This document shows, one piece after another, positions 29,154 through 39,686 of a DNA stretch of 64,000 nucleotides. Below the pieces are notes generated by a model. That model ran no database searches, had not been told where the DNA came from, and saw only the letters and a program-made list of their open reading frames with translations. Each line of letters starts with the position of its first letter. Position 1 is the stretch's first letter. The DNA lies in contig CACAIE010000006.1 of assembly GCA_902532475.1 (NCBI GenBank), positions 1,569 through 65,568 of the forward strand, read 5' to 3'. This stretch comes from an uncultured SAR116 cluster alpha proteobacterium (GTDB taxonomy: Bacteria; Pseudomonadota; Alphaproteobacteria; Puniceispirillales; GCA-002684695). The position numbers and the translations under genes were made by a program.

Positions 29154-30765
29154 TACAGATAGTTCAATTTTGCTTGAAATGAAAAATGTATCTATCGAGG
29201 GATACAGTGACGAGTCATGGCATCCTATTATAAATCAAGTAGATCTAAGTATAAGAAGAGGGGAGGTTTTGGGTTTGATTGGAGAGTCAGGTGCGGGAAA
29301 ATCAACGCTTGGATTGGCTGCCATGGGTTTTGTGAGGTCAGGGTGTAGATTTACTGGGGGCTCTGTTTTATTCAATGGGAAAGACTTAACAAAAATGAAC
29401 GAAAGAGAAAAACAAAAACTTTGGGGTACCAAGTTTTCTTATGTTGCTCAATCTGCAGCGGCAGCATTCAATCCAGCCCATAGACTAATAAATCAAACGA
29501 TAGAGGCTTCCGTGAGCCATGGCATTGGTAAACAAGATCAACTTCAAAGGGAGGCTATTAAGCTGTATAGAGAGATGCAATTGCCAAATCCTGAAGAAAT
29601 TGGTGATCGTTACCCACATCAGGTTTCGGGTGGTCAGCTTCAAAGAACAATGACAGCGATGGCTATGACATCAAAACCAGATTTAATAATTTTTGACGAA
29701 CCTACAACAGCCTTAGACGTAACTACGCAGGTTAACGTTCTAGCAACCATTCGTAATATAGTTAAAGAGCATAATACTGCGGCAATATACATTACTCACG
29801 ACCTTGCAGTAGTTGCTCAAATGGCAGACAGAATTCAGGTTCTGCGTTATGGTGATACCATTGAGGAATCTGAAACTAATAACATGTTAAAAACTCCTAA
29901 AGAAGACTACACAAAATCACTTTGGGCTGTCAGGTCAATAAAGAAAAAAGAAAAGAAAACCACAGACAGCATTTTAAGTATTGAAAATGTTGATGCTTCA
30001 TATGGCTCAGGTCCAAAAGTACTTCAAAATGTTTCAATTAATGTTCCTAAAGGTGGCACAGTTGCAATTGTTGGAGAGTCTGGATCAGGTAAATCTACTA
30101 CTGCTAGAGTGATTACTGGTTTATTGCCTCCTCAAAAGGGAAGAATATTTTTTGAGGGTAAAAAGTTGGAAGCTAACTTAGATGAAAGGTCAAAAGAAAA
30201 CTTAAGGCGAATTCAGATGATTTATCAATCTCCTGATACTTCCATGAACCCAAGGCACACAGTTAAAGATATTGTTGGCAGGCCACTCGAGTTTTACCAT
30301 AATATGAAAGGCAATGAGTATTCAAAAAGAGTAATAGAGCTTTTAAATTTGATAGAATTAGACGAAAGCTTCATTGATAGATTGCCTAGTGAACTATCTG
30401 GCGGTCAAAAACAAAGAATTTGTATTGCTAGGGCTTTGGCAGCTGAACCCGAGTTAATTATTTGTGATGAAGTGACTTCTGCATTGGATCAAATTGTCCA
30501 GGAGGGCATCCTCAAACTTTTACTTAGATTGCAAAGTGAATTTAATATTTCATATATTTTTATTACTCATGATATAGCAACTGTGAAAGCAATCTCAGAT
30601 GAAGTTGTAGTAATGCATAACGGATACGTTGTAGAGCAAGGAATGAAAAGTAAAATTTTTTCTCCTCCACATCCTGACTATACAAAATTACTTTTATCTT
30701 CTGTTCCAGAAATGGATCCAAAATGGCTAACAAAGATATTGTCTTCCCAGAAAAGTAAATATTAA
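29140..30765 (+). CDS. Fused dual-domain peptide ABC ATPase (DppDF-like)
   Basis: Two GESG.GKS Walker A motifs, two SGG signatures, DEPT and DEVT. Confidence 0.93.
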   Translation: MSTNNTDSSILLEMKNVSIEGYSDESWHPIINQVDLSIRRGEVLGLIGESGAGKSTLGLAAMGFVRSGCRFTGGSVLFNGKDLTKMNEREKQKLWGTKFSYVAQSAAAAFNPAHRLINQTIEASVSHGIGKQDQLQREAIKLYREMQLPNPEEIGDRYPHQVSGGQLQRTMTAMAMTSKPDLIIFDEPTTALDVTTQVNVLATIRNIVKEHNTAAIYITHDLAVVAQMADRIQVLRYGDTIEESETNNMLKTPKEDYTKSLWAVRSIKKKEKKTTDSILSIENVDASYGSGPKVLQNVSINVPKGGTVAIVGESGSGKSTTARVITGLLPPQKGRIFFEGKKLEANLDERSKENLRRIQMIYQSPDTSMNPRHTVKDIVGRPLEFYHNMKGNEYSKRVIELLNLIELDESFIDRLPSELSGGQKQRICIARALAAEPELIICDEVTSALDQIVQEGILKLLLRLQSEFNISYIFITHDIATVKAISDEVVVMHNGYVVEQGMKSKIFSPPHPDYTKLLLSSVPEMDPKWLTKILSSQKSKY

Positions 30766-31940
30766 CTACCTGTTTGTTTGCAAATTTCTAAACATAAAAG
30801 CGAAAAATTCTTTTCATTGCTTATGCTCAAAGGTTGCTTTCTTGAAGAAAGCATCACTATTGATACTTCATTGATTGGGTCTATCCAAATCCACTGGCCA
30901 TGAATTCCGATTGCACAAATTTCTTTATTATCCAATCCTGATTGATACCATTTTGATCGATAGCCCCCCTTAGGAAACAATCTACCAACCTCTTTATTTG
31001 GCCAGGGGTATTTATTTTCATAGTCAATTAGATTTGCCATTACATCTTCTGAAATGATTTGTTTCCCCTCTAAAGAGCCTTTGCACCTAACCATTTCGGC
31101 AACTTTAGTTAAATCATTGGAAGTCATGCAAATGCCACCGGCAGTTCGAGGAGAGTCTTCATGGTCAAGAGTTACATAGGCATCAGCATTTGGTTTGCAT
31201 TTTTGATATATTTCATTTGCGAACAAGTTTGAAAACTTTGTTTCTGTTACTCTTTCAATAATCCATCCTAGAAGATCAGTATTTGGTGAACAATATTGAT
31301 ATTTTTCACCATGATTGATTTCAGATTTGGGTATCAGTTTTAAAAATCCCTTTAAGCCAACCCTGTTTTTTGATGTATGTGGATTAAAGCCTGTGGCTTC
31401 TCTGTAGAGTTTAAATAATCCTGTTTTATCAAGGTAGTCTTCTTTAAAGTTTGAAGAAACAGTCATGTCTAATAAATTTCTTATAGTAGAATTTTTATAT
31501 GCGCTTTCTCCTACTTCGGGAATGTAAAATGTAATTTTTTTATTTGGTTTTATAAGACTTTTGTTTATAAGAATGCCAGCCATTAAGCTAGTTAGGGACT
31601 TAGAAACTGAAAAAAGGATATGTTGATTATTTTTAAGGTTGAGATCATTGTGCCATTCAAAAATTTTTTTTCCTTTTTTTATTATTAAAAAACTATCTGA
31701 AAAACTTTTTTGCAAAAAATCAGTAATTTTTATCTCTTCCTTATACTTATTAGTAAATTTTAACGAACTTAGATCCTCTAATTTACTTTGAACATTTTTT
31801 GGCTTTTCACCTTTTTTTATTATTGAAACAGGTAAAATATTTCTAACATTAGAAAACGCTATTCTGTTGTGTGGGTAAGTTCTCCAATTGCTCAATGAAA
31901 AACTTTGATGTTTATTATCATTCTGTCTATCTAGTTTCAT
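30762..31940 (-). CDS. Beta-lactamase-fold serine hydrolase, NylB (6-aminohexanoate-dimer hydrolase)-like
   Basis: NW..YP..R.AF, SVSK (SxxK), LLDM, Y.S..TDLLGW, GIHGQ. Confidence 0.85.
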   Translation of the reverse strand: MKLDRQNDNKHQSFSLSNWRTYPHNRIAFSNVRNILPVSIIKKGEKPKNVQSKLEDLSSLKFTNKYKEEIKITDFLQKSFSDSFLIIKKGKKIFEWHNDLNLKNNQHILFSVSKSLTSLMAGILINKSLIKPNKKITFYIPEVGESAYKNSTIRNLLDMTVSSNFKEDYLDKTGLFKLYREATGFNPHTSKNRVGLKGFLKLIPKSEINHGEKYQYCSPNTDLLGWIIERVTETKFSNLFANEIYQKCKPNADAYVTLDHEDSPRTAGGICMTSNDLTKVAEMVRCKGSLEGKQIISEDVMANLIDYENKYPWPNKEVGRLFPKGGYRSKWYQSGLDNKEICAIGIHGQWIWIDPINEVSIVMLSSRKQPLSISNEKNFSLLCLEICKQTGS

Positions 31941-32147
31941 CTTAAAACGCCCCTAGTTTTTAAATTAATTATCAATATGCTTTGGGAGTATTGTGTTTAC
32001 AAGAAATTTTAACATTTAAAAAATGATTAAACCTTGATAAAAAACTGCAAATATGTATTTATGATACCCATGGAATATCAAATTTTAGTAAAAACTAGTT
32101 TTGCTTAGTTATAATTCTTTAATTTCAAATTCAAAGGGAGAGAATAA

Positions 32148-33758
32148 GTGTATACAATTGAAAAGTTAAAAGGGCTTTTTGCAACCGGTCAGATAGGTAG
32201 ACGTGATTTTATACAAGGAGCTGTGGCCCTGGGCGCAACAATTTCAGCTGCGACATCAATGTCTTCTTCTGTTCTGGCGTCAACACCTAAAAAAGGTGGA
32301 ACTTTAAGACTTGCAATCAGTTCAGGAACTACAACAGACATTTTAGATATGTCAGTATCAACCGGAGCGGTCTCAGAACTAGTCCATGGGTATGCTATCT
32401 ATAACAATATTGTTGAAATCGGTGCAGATGGATCTGTTGTACCTGAGTTGGCAGAGACAATGGAAACTGATGACGCAAAAACTTGGAGATTTAAAGTTCG
32501 AAAAGGTGTTGAATGGCATAATGGTAAATCTCTAGATGTTAATGATTTGATGGCTTCAGTTAATTACCATCGAGGCGATGACAGCAAATCATCTATTAAA
32601 GGACAATTAGCGGAGATTTCCGATGTTAGAGCTGACGGAGACTATTTAGTTATAGAGCTCAATGGTCCAAACTCAGATTTCCCTGTTATGCTAAGTGATT
32701 ATCATGCCCCTGTTCAAATTGGTGGCTCAGATGGCAAACTTGTTGATCCATTAGCTGGCATTGGAACAGCCGGTTATGTGAAAAAAGAATATAATCCTGG
32801 TGTGAATGCTTCTTTTACTAGAAATCCTAATTATTGGAAATCAGGACACGCGCATTTTGATGAGATAGAAACAACAATCGTTGCTGATGCAACAGCCAGG
32901 CAGCAAGCATTAATGACTGACCAGGTTGACTGTATTGATGATGTTTCTGCGCCTACTGCGAATTTATTAAAGCGTAATCAGCAGCTAGAATTATTATCTG
33001 TTACTGGGACAATGCATAGAGTTTTTGCCATGCGTTTAGACACGCCGCCATTTGATAATAATGATGTTAGGTTGGCTATTAAGTATGCTGCAAGAAGACA
33101 AGAAATGGTTGATAAAGTATTGCTTGGTTATGGTCAGATTGGTAATGATCATTCTATTTCGCCAACTCAGAAATATTTTAACACAGACTTAGCCCAAAGA
33201 GAGTTTGATGCTGAAAGAGCTCGTTATCATTGGAAAAAAACAGGCATTGGCGACAAGCCTGTTGTTGTCCATGCATCAGGTGCTTCACTTGATGGTTCTG
33301 TTGATGTTGCTCTTTTACTTCAGGCATCTGCAAAAGAATGTGGAATTAATCTAGAAGTTAAGAAAGAGCCAAATGATGGATACTGGTCTAATGTTTGGAA
33401 TAAACCTGGGGTTGGAATGTGTACTTCATATTGGAGTGGTAGACCGACACCTGATTGGATGTTCTCAACATGTTGTATTGCTGCTTCTGAGTGGAATGAC
33501 ATGGCATGGAGGGACACACCAGCTGCAAATGCTTTTAACACTCTTGTAACGGCAGCAAAAGGTGAACTCGATGATAAGAAGAGACATGATATGTATTTTG
33601 AGTGTCAAAGACTTATGAATGAAGACGCAGGTTATTTAACATGGTCTTATGGTCAAAATCTTTCTGCGCATAACAAGAGGCTTGCTCACCCATCTCAAGT
33701 TGCAGGTAATTGGCATTTAGATGGATGTAAAATTACAGAACGTTGGTGGTTTGCTTAA
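32148..33758 (+). CDS. Family 5 (peptide-type) ABC substrate-binding protein with a Tat signal
   Basis: GRRDFIQG twin-arginine motif, PKKGGTLR, PELA, PPFDNNDVR.A; GGGAGAG RBS before GTG. Confidence 0.92.
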   Translation: MYTIEKLKGLFATGQIGRRDFIQGAVALGATISAATSMSSSVLASTPKKGGTLRLAISSGTTTDILDMSVSTGAVSELVHGYAIYNNIVEIGADGSVVPELAETMETDDAKTWRFKVRKGVEWHNGKSLDVNDLMASVNYHRGDDSKSSIKGQLAEISDVRADGDYLVIELNGPNSDFPVMLSDYHAPVQIGGSDGKLVDPLAGIGTAGYVKKEYNPGVNASFTRNPNYWKSGHAHFDEIETTIVADATARQQALMTDQVDCIDDVSAPTANLLKRNQQLELLSVTGTMHRVFAMRLDTPPFDNNDVRLAIKYAARRQEMVDKVLLGYGQIGNDHSISPTQKYFNTDLAQREFDAERARYHWKKTGIGDKPVVVHASGASLDGSVDVALLLQASAKECGINLEVKKEPNDGYWSNVWNKPGVGMCTSYWSGRPTPDWMFSTCCIAASEWNDMAWRDTPAANAFNTLVTAAKGELDDKKRHDMYFECQRLMNEDAGYLTWSYGQNLSAHNKRLAHPSQVAGNWHLDGCKITERWWFA

Positions 33759-33774
33759 AAAACTCATTAAAGTT

Positions 33775-33809
33775 AAAAAAGAGCGGTAATTTTTACCGCT
33801 CTTTTTTTT
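33775..33809 (+). terminator. Intrinsic terminator after the Dpp-type SBP gene
   Basis: AAAAAAGAGCGGTAA-ttt-TTACCGCTCTTTTTT hairpin followed by a T tract. Confidence 0.88.
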
Positions 33810-33822
33810 GTTAGGCAAAGCA

Positions 33823-34932
33823 ATGAAAATAAAAAAACTAGAAACTTTTTCAAATAAGTATCTTGGGTTTGTAAAAGTTACAACTGACACTAATGATATT
33901 GGATGGGGACAAGTATCTACTTATAACGTAGACATAACTGCCCAAATATTTCATAGGCAAGTAGCTCCATGGTCAATAGGTATAGAATTGGATGATGATA
34001 AACCAGATTTTTTTGATCATTTGCAGTTAATTTTAGAAAGAGAGCATAAGTATCCAGGCTCTTACTTGCTTAGGGCGTTATCTGGTTTAGATACGGCTTT
34101 ATGGGATTTATATGGAAAATTAAAAGAAAAGCCAGTCGCTTCCTTGATAGGCGGAAAACCAAAGAAAATAAGAGTTTACGGATCTTCAATGCGAAGAGAC
34201 ATTAAGCCAGAGGATGAGTCAAAAAGGTTATGTAGATTGAGAGATGACTATGGTTTTTCAGCGTTTAAATTTAGAGTTGGTTCAGAGTGTGGCCGTGATA
34301 CTGATGAATGGGAGGGTCGATCCGAGAAAATAGTTAAATTATTATCTCATGATCTTGGAAGTGATGTTGAAAAACTTGTTGATGGTAATAGTTGTTTCAG
34401 TCCTAGGAAAGCCATTGAATTAGGAAAAATTCTAGAAGACCACGATGTCTGTCATTTTGAAGAACCATGCCCTTACTGGGAGCACAATCAAACAAAAAAA
34501 GTTAAAGAAGCTCTTTCTATAGATGTGGCAGGTGGAGAACAAGATTGTGATATCTCAACTTGGAAGTCTACACTGGAAAAAGAAATAGTTAATATCGTTC
34601 AGCCAGATGTTATGTATATGGGTGGTTTATATAGAACATTGCAAGTCGCTAATATGGCTAATAAATTAGGTTTGCCTTGCACTCCCCATGCAGCAAATTT
34701 ATCTTTAGTCACTGTCTGTACAATGCATTTGCTGACTGCTATTCCAAATGCTGGAAAATATCTAGAATTTAGTATTGAAGATGAAACTTATTACCCCTGG
34801 CAAAAAAATATTTTCACGAGAGACCCATTCAAAGTTAAAGATGGCTTTGTCAATGTGAGAGACGAACCCGGTTGGGGCGTGGAAATAAATCCTGCATGGT
34901 TGGGAAAATCTGAATATAGAATCAGTGAATAA
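33823..34932 (+). CDS. Mandelate racemase/muconate lactonizing enzyme family (enolase superfamily)
   Basis: SGLDTALWDL.GK, KxR, D.N, EEP, GEQ, QPD, PH; ATG 33823 preferred over the TTG inside the terminator. Confidence 0.9.
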   Translation: MKIKKLETFSNKYLGFVKVTTDTNDIGWGQVSTYNVDITAQIFHRQVAPWSIGIELDDDKPDFFDHLQLILEREHKYPGSYLLRALSGLDTALWDLYGKLKEKPVASLIGGKPKKIRVYGSSMRRDIKPEDESKRLCRLRDDYGFSAFKFRVGSECGRDTDEWEGRSEKIVKLLSHDLGSDVEKLVDGNSCFSPRKAIELGKILEDHDVCHFEEPCPYWEHNQTKKVKEALSIDVAGGEQDCDISTWKSTLEKEIVNIVQPDVMYMGGLYRTLQVANMANKLGLPCTPHAANLSLVTVCTMHLLTAIPNAGKYLEFSIEDETYYPWQKNIFTRDPFKVKDGFVNVRDEPGWGVEINPAWLGKSEYRISE

Positions 34933-34946
34933 ATTATGAGTAATTT

Positions 34947-35885
34947 TTATTTTGGTGGAATTTTCCCATTATGAAAAGATTTAAAAAAGTTGTCTAAAGG
35001 TGCATAGATATTTCCATAATTAAGTTCAAAATGCTTGTGATGAAGATGGTGAAAATAATCTGACAATTCTAGAGTTTTATTTTTAAATAAAACCAATTTA
35101 TCAAATCCTGCGTGAGATTGGGCGGGTCCAATTCCCCAAAAAAGACCAGTCAAAGTAATAATATAAGGATTAACAGGTATTAATAGCCACAATAATAGAA
35201 AGCTGAAATAAGGGATATGCTCTAATGGATGCATGGATATTCCTGTCCATGGTCCAGTATTTACATTTCTGTGATGAACTGCATGTGCAATTTTATAAAT
35301 TTTTGGAATATGAAGAAAGCGATGGATAAAATAAAAATGTACGCCTCCAGCAAATGGCATTACAAAAATACATAAAATTAAGTAAAGTGAACTTTCATTC
35401 CATGAAATAGTCTGGATTCTTTCACTTGCATACATCCATAAGATTAAACATTCATATAATGACCAAATTGTACATCCGCTAATAATACTCCAAAATATAT
35501 TATCCTTCACTTGGTTGTTGAATAGAAATTTATTACTTTTTTCGTTAGGCCAACGAGAATAATATTTATAATCAAGCAATTGATTTTTACGAATATATAA
35601 CCACCAATGAATTCCGCCAGCAAAGATAGTCAAAAGAAAAACATTCCTTAACCAGATTAATAAAATCCAGCTAATATCCAAAACTGCCATTTTTTCAATA
35701 CTTGGTGATAAGTAAAACCACCCTAAATAGGCAAAAGCAAAATAAGCTATCCACCAAGGAAAGAAAAAATTAAACAGCCAATTTATAGATTTAATGATAG
35801 GAGGTGGAAAATGATAAACGGGTGGTATTTTTATCTCTTCCTGGGGTACATAACCCCTTCCACTTTCATTTATCCTTCTATCCAT
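34947..35885 (-). CDS. Sterol desaturase / fatty acid hydroxylase family membrane di-iron enzyme
   Basis: His boxes HRFLH, HAVHH, HP.E, HHLHH...NYG. Confidence 0.88.
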   Translation of the reverse strand: MDRRINESGRGYVPQEEIKIPPVYHFPPPIIKSINWLFNFFFPWWIAYFAFAYLGWFYLSPSIEKMAVLDISWILLIWLRNVFLLTIFAGGIHWWLYIRKNQLLDYKYYSRWPNEKSNKFLFNNQVKDNIFWSIISGCTIWSLYECLILWMYASERIQTISWNESSLYLILCIFVMPFAGGVHFYFIHRFLHIPKIYKIAHAVHHRNVNTGPWTGISMHPLEHIPYFSFLLLWLLIPVNPYIITLTGLFWGIGPAQSHAGFDKLVLFKNKTLELSDYFHHLHHKHFELNYGNIYAPLDNFFKSFHNGKIPPK

Positions 35886-35954
35886 TGTTTCAATTAATAA
35901 TAATTAATGTTAAGATAATTGAACAATAATTTTGATACAAAAATCAAGAAAAAC

Positions 35955-36164
35955 TTAATTTGGGGTATCTTTAACAAAACAAACTGAGTACATCGGCTTT
36001 CCATCAAAAAGGTCTTTTCTTTCAGGACCGTCCATGTATTCAAATTTCTGGGAAGTTATTTTGCCATCCATTCTATAACCTTTAGAGGATAGTTTTCCTC
36101 TGTGAAATTCTAAAGCTGCCGCTTCAAAGCTTTCTGCAATAATAGTAATTCGGTTTTCAGACAT
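35955..36164 (-). CDS. 69-aa hypothetical protein directly downstream of aceA
   Basis: GAAGGGA RBS, ATG start, globular-looking sequence. Confidence 0.75.
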   Translation of the reverse strand: MSENRITIIAESFEAAALEFHRGKLSSKGYRMDGKITSQKFEYMDGPERKDLFDGKPMYSVCFVKDTPN

Positions 36165-36212
36165 AAAATTATCCCTTCATATTAAGATTTATAAAATTCT
36201 TTTATAGTTAGC

Positions 36213-37517
36213 TTATTCAGCAGCATCAGAGACTTTTTTACCATGGAATTGATCCTCTTCAGTTGAACCTGATAATGCTGTAGTAGCAGAGGAACCGCCC
36301 TTTACAGCCACTGATATTGCGTCAAACCACCCAGCCCCAACTTCTCTTTGGTGCCTGTGAGCTGTGTAGCCAATTTCTTCAGCTGCAAATTCTGCGTCTT
36401 GTACTTCGCTATATGCTGTCATGCCTCTTTTTTTGTATCCATGGGCAAGCTCAAACATGCTGTAATTCAGAGTATGAAATCCTGCCAATGTAATGAATTG
36501 GAATTTATAGCCCATTGCTCCAAGTTCCCTTTGAAACCTGGCTATATCGTCTTTAGATAGATTAGCAGTCCAGTTAAAGCTTGGGCTACAGTTATATGCT
36601 AATAATTGATCTGGGTATTTACTTCTTATTGCCTCAGCAAACCTTTTAGCTTGATCTAAATTGGGTGTGGATGTTTCCATCCATATAAGATCGGCATATT
36701 CGGCATATGCTAAGCCTCTAGTTACACATCTGTCAAATGAGCTTTCTTGAGTTAAAGTATAAAATCCTTCTGTAGTTCTTTCTCCGGTCAAATAAGGGTG
36801 GTCACGTTCATCAACGTCAGAAGTAATCAATTTAGCGGATTCAGCATCAGTTCTTGCAATTATTAATGTGGGAACTCCTGATACATCGGCTGCTAATCTT
36901 GCGGCGTTCAAATTTGCTATATGCTGTTTAACCGGAATTAGTACTTTGCCCCCCATATGACCGCACTTTTTTTCTGCCGCTAGCTGATCTTCAAAATGAA
37001 CACCGGATGCTCCAGCTTCTATATATCCACGAGTAATTTCAAATGCATTTAAAACTCCACCAAAACCTGCTTCTGCGTCAGCAATTATAGGAGCAAACCA
37101 ATCTCTTTCTGGTTTTCCGCTTTCTAGAACTTCTATTTCATCAGCCCTAGCAAGTGTGTGGTTGATTTTTTTAACTAATTCAGGCCCTGAGTTAGCTGGG
37201 TATATTGATTGATCAGGATACATTCCGCCACCTAAATTATTGTCAGCTGCAATTTGCCATCCAGATAAGTATATGGCCTTCAATCCTGCACGAACTTGCT
37301 GCATAGCTTGGTTTCCCGTCATTGCACCAAGAGTGTTTACATAGTCCTCTGAATGAAACAATGACCATAATTTTTCAGATCCTCTATGTGCAAGGGTATG
37401 ATCAATTTTAACAGATCCAGAAAGTTTTTTGACGTCTTCAACTGAATAATCTCGTTTTTTATTTTTAAATCTTGAAGTGCTTGTGTTGTTAATCTTTTCA
37501 AATGTATCAGACATCAT
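36213..37517 (-). CDS. aceA: Isocitrate lyase
   Basis: [31 protein letters not shown] signature, [15 protein letters not shown]. Confidence 0.97.
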   Translation of the reverse strand: MMSDTFEKINNTSTSRFKNKKRDYSVEDVKKLSGSVKIDHTLAHRGSEKLWSLFHSEDYVNTLGAMTGNQAMQQVRAGLKAIYLSGWQIAADNNLGGGMYPDQSIYPANSGPELVKKINHTLARADEIEVLESGKPERDWFAPIIADAEAGFGGVLNAFEITRGYIEAGASGVHFEDQLAAEKKCGHMGGKVLIPVKQHIANLNAARLAADVSGVPTLIIARTDAESAKLITSDVDERDHPYLTGERTTEGFYTLTQESSFDRCVTRGLAYAEYADLIWMETSTPNLDQAKRFAEAIRSKYPDQLLAYNCSPSFNWTANLSKDDIARFQRELGAMGYKFQFITLAGFHTLNYSMFELAHGYKKRGMTAYSEVQDAEFAAEEIGYTAHRHQREVGAGWFDAISVAVKGGSSATTALSGSTEEDQFHGKKVSDAAE

Positions 37518-37598
37518 CCATCACCCATGAAAATATGCAAATTATAAAAATAAAATTATAACAAGGTTTATAAATTAAATCATTGAAAAAAGTGAAAA

Positions 37599-37696
37599 TT
37601 TGTAATATTGTAAAATTTACAAATATACAATTTGTAAAGAATTACAATAAATTAATTTTACAAAACCACAACCCATGATTTTACAAAACATTGCAA
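37599..37696. promoter_or_regulatory. Array of TTTGTAAA/TTTACAAA-like boxes, putative RamB operator
   Basis: About 8 full or partial copies in 100 bp between divergent aceA and the regulator; resembles the TTTGCAAA-type sites of ScfR-family regulators. Confidence 0.65.
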
Positions 37697-39112
37697 TCAA
37701 AAACTGAAAAAATATTAATTGGGCATAAGCTTAAAAGGTTAAGACAGAGCTTGAGTATAAGCCAACTTGACATGTCTAGAGAATTAGAAATTTCACCAAG
37801 TTATCTAAACCTTTTAGAGAACAACCAAAGACCTATAACCGTTCATTTGCTTTTTCGAATAGGTCAACTATATAACATTGATTTTAAGGAATTTTCAGAT
37901 GATGAAACTGGAAAAATAACTGCTGAGCTCAATGAAGTTTTTTCTGAACCTGTTATTAAGTCAAATGATATTTCTAAAAGGGAAATCAAAAACCTTGCAA
38001 GTTCATCCCCTATAATTTCCACTGCTATTATCAATCTTTACGAAGCTTATAGAAAATTAAGAGAAGAAATTCATGTGAATAATAAAAACATAAACTTTGA
38101 CATGAAATCTACACCACTGCAGAGTGTCAGGCTATTTTTAACAAAATCCAAAAATTTTTTTTCTGTAATAGAACAGGCTACAAAATCAATCAGATCAAAG
38201 GCAAATATAAAAGACAATTCAAGTATGTTTATGAGTTTAGAAAACTATTTAGAGGAAACTTTCAAAATTCAAATTAAAGTTTTACCACAAAAAATCATGG
38301 AAAACCTCCTAAGTAGAAATGATCCTCACAGAAGTAGAATTTTAGTATCAGAATCATTGAATATTCAGGAAAGAGTTTTTCAAATTAGCAGTCAATTAGC
38401 TTTAATAGAATTTGAAGATGCAATAGATGAAATTATAAATAAATCTAATTTAACTAATAAAGAAGAAAAATATTTATTAAAGATCACTCTTTCGGGTTAC
38501 TTTGGATTATCACTTATGATGCCGTATGATGAGTTTAAACATTCTGCGTATGAAACAAGACATGACTTAGAAACTTTGGCCACTAGATTTTCCGTAAGTT
38601 TTGACCAAGTTTGTCAAAGATTAACAACGCTTAATAGAAGGAATGATACCGGCATTCCTTTTTTTTACTTTAAGTTTAATGAGGCAGGCCATATCGCTAA
38701 CAGACTATCATCATCCGACATAAAGTTCCCTTATTATGCTGGTGCAAACCCAGACTGGAGTGCTCACCAAGCGTTTAGGGAGCCAGGAAAAATCTTTGCT
38801 CAACTGTCTGAGTTGGAAGACGGAAAAAAATTTATCAATATTTCCAAAACAATGAAACCACCGAGGACGTCAACGGGAGAAGGAGATGCGTCATTATTTT
38901 CAATTATTTTAGGGTGTGACATCAGGCATGCTGAAAATATAATTTACGCTGAGAAAATTATTCAAAATAAGTCTTCAAAGATTTCTAAAATAGAACTTGG
39001 TTGCAGAATATGCGGTATAAATGTTTGTGAACACAGAGATCAAGGGCCTGCAAGTAGTGTAAGTTTTGATCCAAATATGAGGTACAGTGGCCTGTTTGAA
39101 TTTAGTAATTAA
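37691..39112 (+). CDS. ramB: Short-chain fatty acyl-CoA regulator (ScfR/RamB family, XRE HTH)
   Basis: ISPSYLNLLENNQRP.T HTH, LMMPY, F.VSF.QVC.RLTTL, GIPFF, C-terminal CxxC...C; divergent from aceA. Confidence 0.85.
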   Translation: MQSKTEKILIGHKLKRLRQSLSISQLDMSRELEISPSYLNLLENNQRPITVHLLFRIGQLYNIDFKEFSDDETGKITAELNEVFSEPVIKSNDISKREIKNLASSSPIISTAIINLYEAYRKLREEIHVNNKNINFDMKSTPLQSVRLFLTKSKNFFSVIEQATKSIRSKANIKDNSSMFMSLENYLEETFKIQIKVLPQKIMENLLSRNDPHRSRILVSESLNIQERVFQISSQLALIEFEDAIDEIINKSNLTNKEEKYLLKITLSGYFGLSLMMPYDEFKHSAYETRHDLETLATRFSVSFDQVCQRLTTLNRRNDTGIPFFYFKFNEAGHIANRLSSSDIKFPYYAGANPDWSAHQAFREPGKIFAQLSELEDGKKFINISKTMKPPRTSTGEGDASLFSIILGCDIRHAENIIYAEKIIQNKSSKISKIELGCRICGINVCEHRDQGPASSVSFDPNMRYSGLFEFSN

Positions 39113-39157
39113 ATCCAAATATATGATATTAGGCTAAGATTTTTTATTTGATAAAAA

Positions 39158-39595
39158 TTAATTTTCCATCCAAATTGTTGTTGGGCCGTCATTTACAAGT
39201 GAGATTTTCATATCACCCCCAAAAACACCCATTTGGCAAGGTATGCCAATTTCTTGAAGCTTTTCAGTAAAGTATTCGTATAATTTCTGACCTTTTTCTG
39301 GCGGTGCAGCTGATGAAAAACCAGGTCTATTGCCTCTTGAAGTGTCAGCGGCAAGTGTGAATTGGCTGACAACAAGAGCATCACCACTAATATCTTGGAT
39401 AGATTTATTCATTTTACCATTTTCATCATTAAATATTCTAAGTTTTGAAATTTTTGATGCTAAGTTTTCAGCCTGCAATTCAGTATCTTCATTCATAGCG
39501 CACACAAAGACTAGTAAGCCATTTTCTATTTTAGATGTTAATTCTTCATTTATAGTAACACTAGCTTTAGTTACTCTTTGAATTAAGGCCCTCAT
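39158..39595 (-). CDS. dtd: D-aminoacyl-tRNA deacylase
   Basis: [30 protein letters not shown]; GGAGG RBS before ATG 39595. Confidence 0.95.
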   Translation of the reverse strand: MRALIQRVTKASVTINEELTSKIENGLLVFVCAMNEDTELQAENLASKISKLRIFNDENGKMNKSIQDISGDALVVSQFTLAADTSRGNRPGFSSAAPPEKGQKLYEYFTEKLQEIGIPCQMGVFGGDMKISLVNDGPTTIWMEN

Positions 39596-39686
39596 TATTT
39601 CCTCCACATAATATTCAGTGTTAATCAATTGACTAAAAGTATAAAAAAGTCTGTATTAAAATAAAATAAAGAAAAAAAGTAAAATA

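Noticed and set aside
30762-31940. Beta-lactamase (antibiotic resistance)
   Set aside because: No signal peptide; the motifs fit cytoplasmic NylB-like amide/ester hydrolases.
31941-32147. Riboswitch or ncRNA in the larger intergenic gaps (also 41-196, 57439-57607, 59418-59514)
   Set aside because: Very AT-rich with no convincing GC-paired structure or known aptamer motif by eye; an Rfam/Infernal scan would be needed to exclude one.
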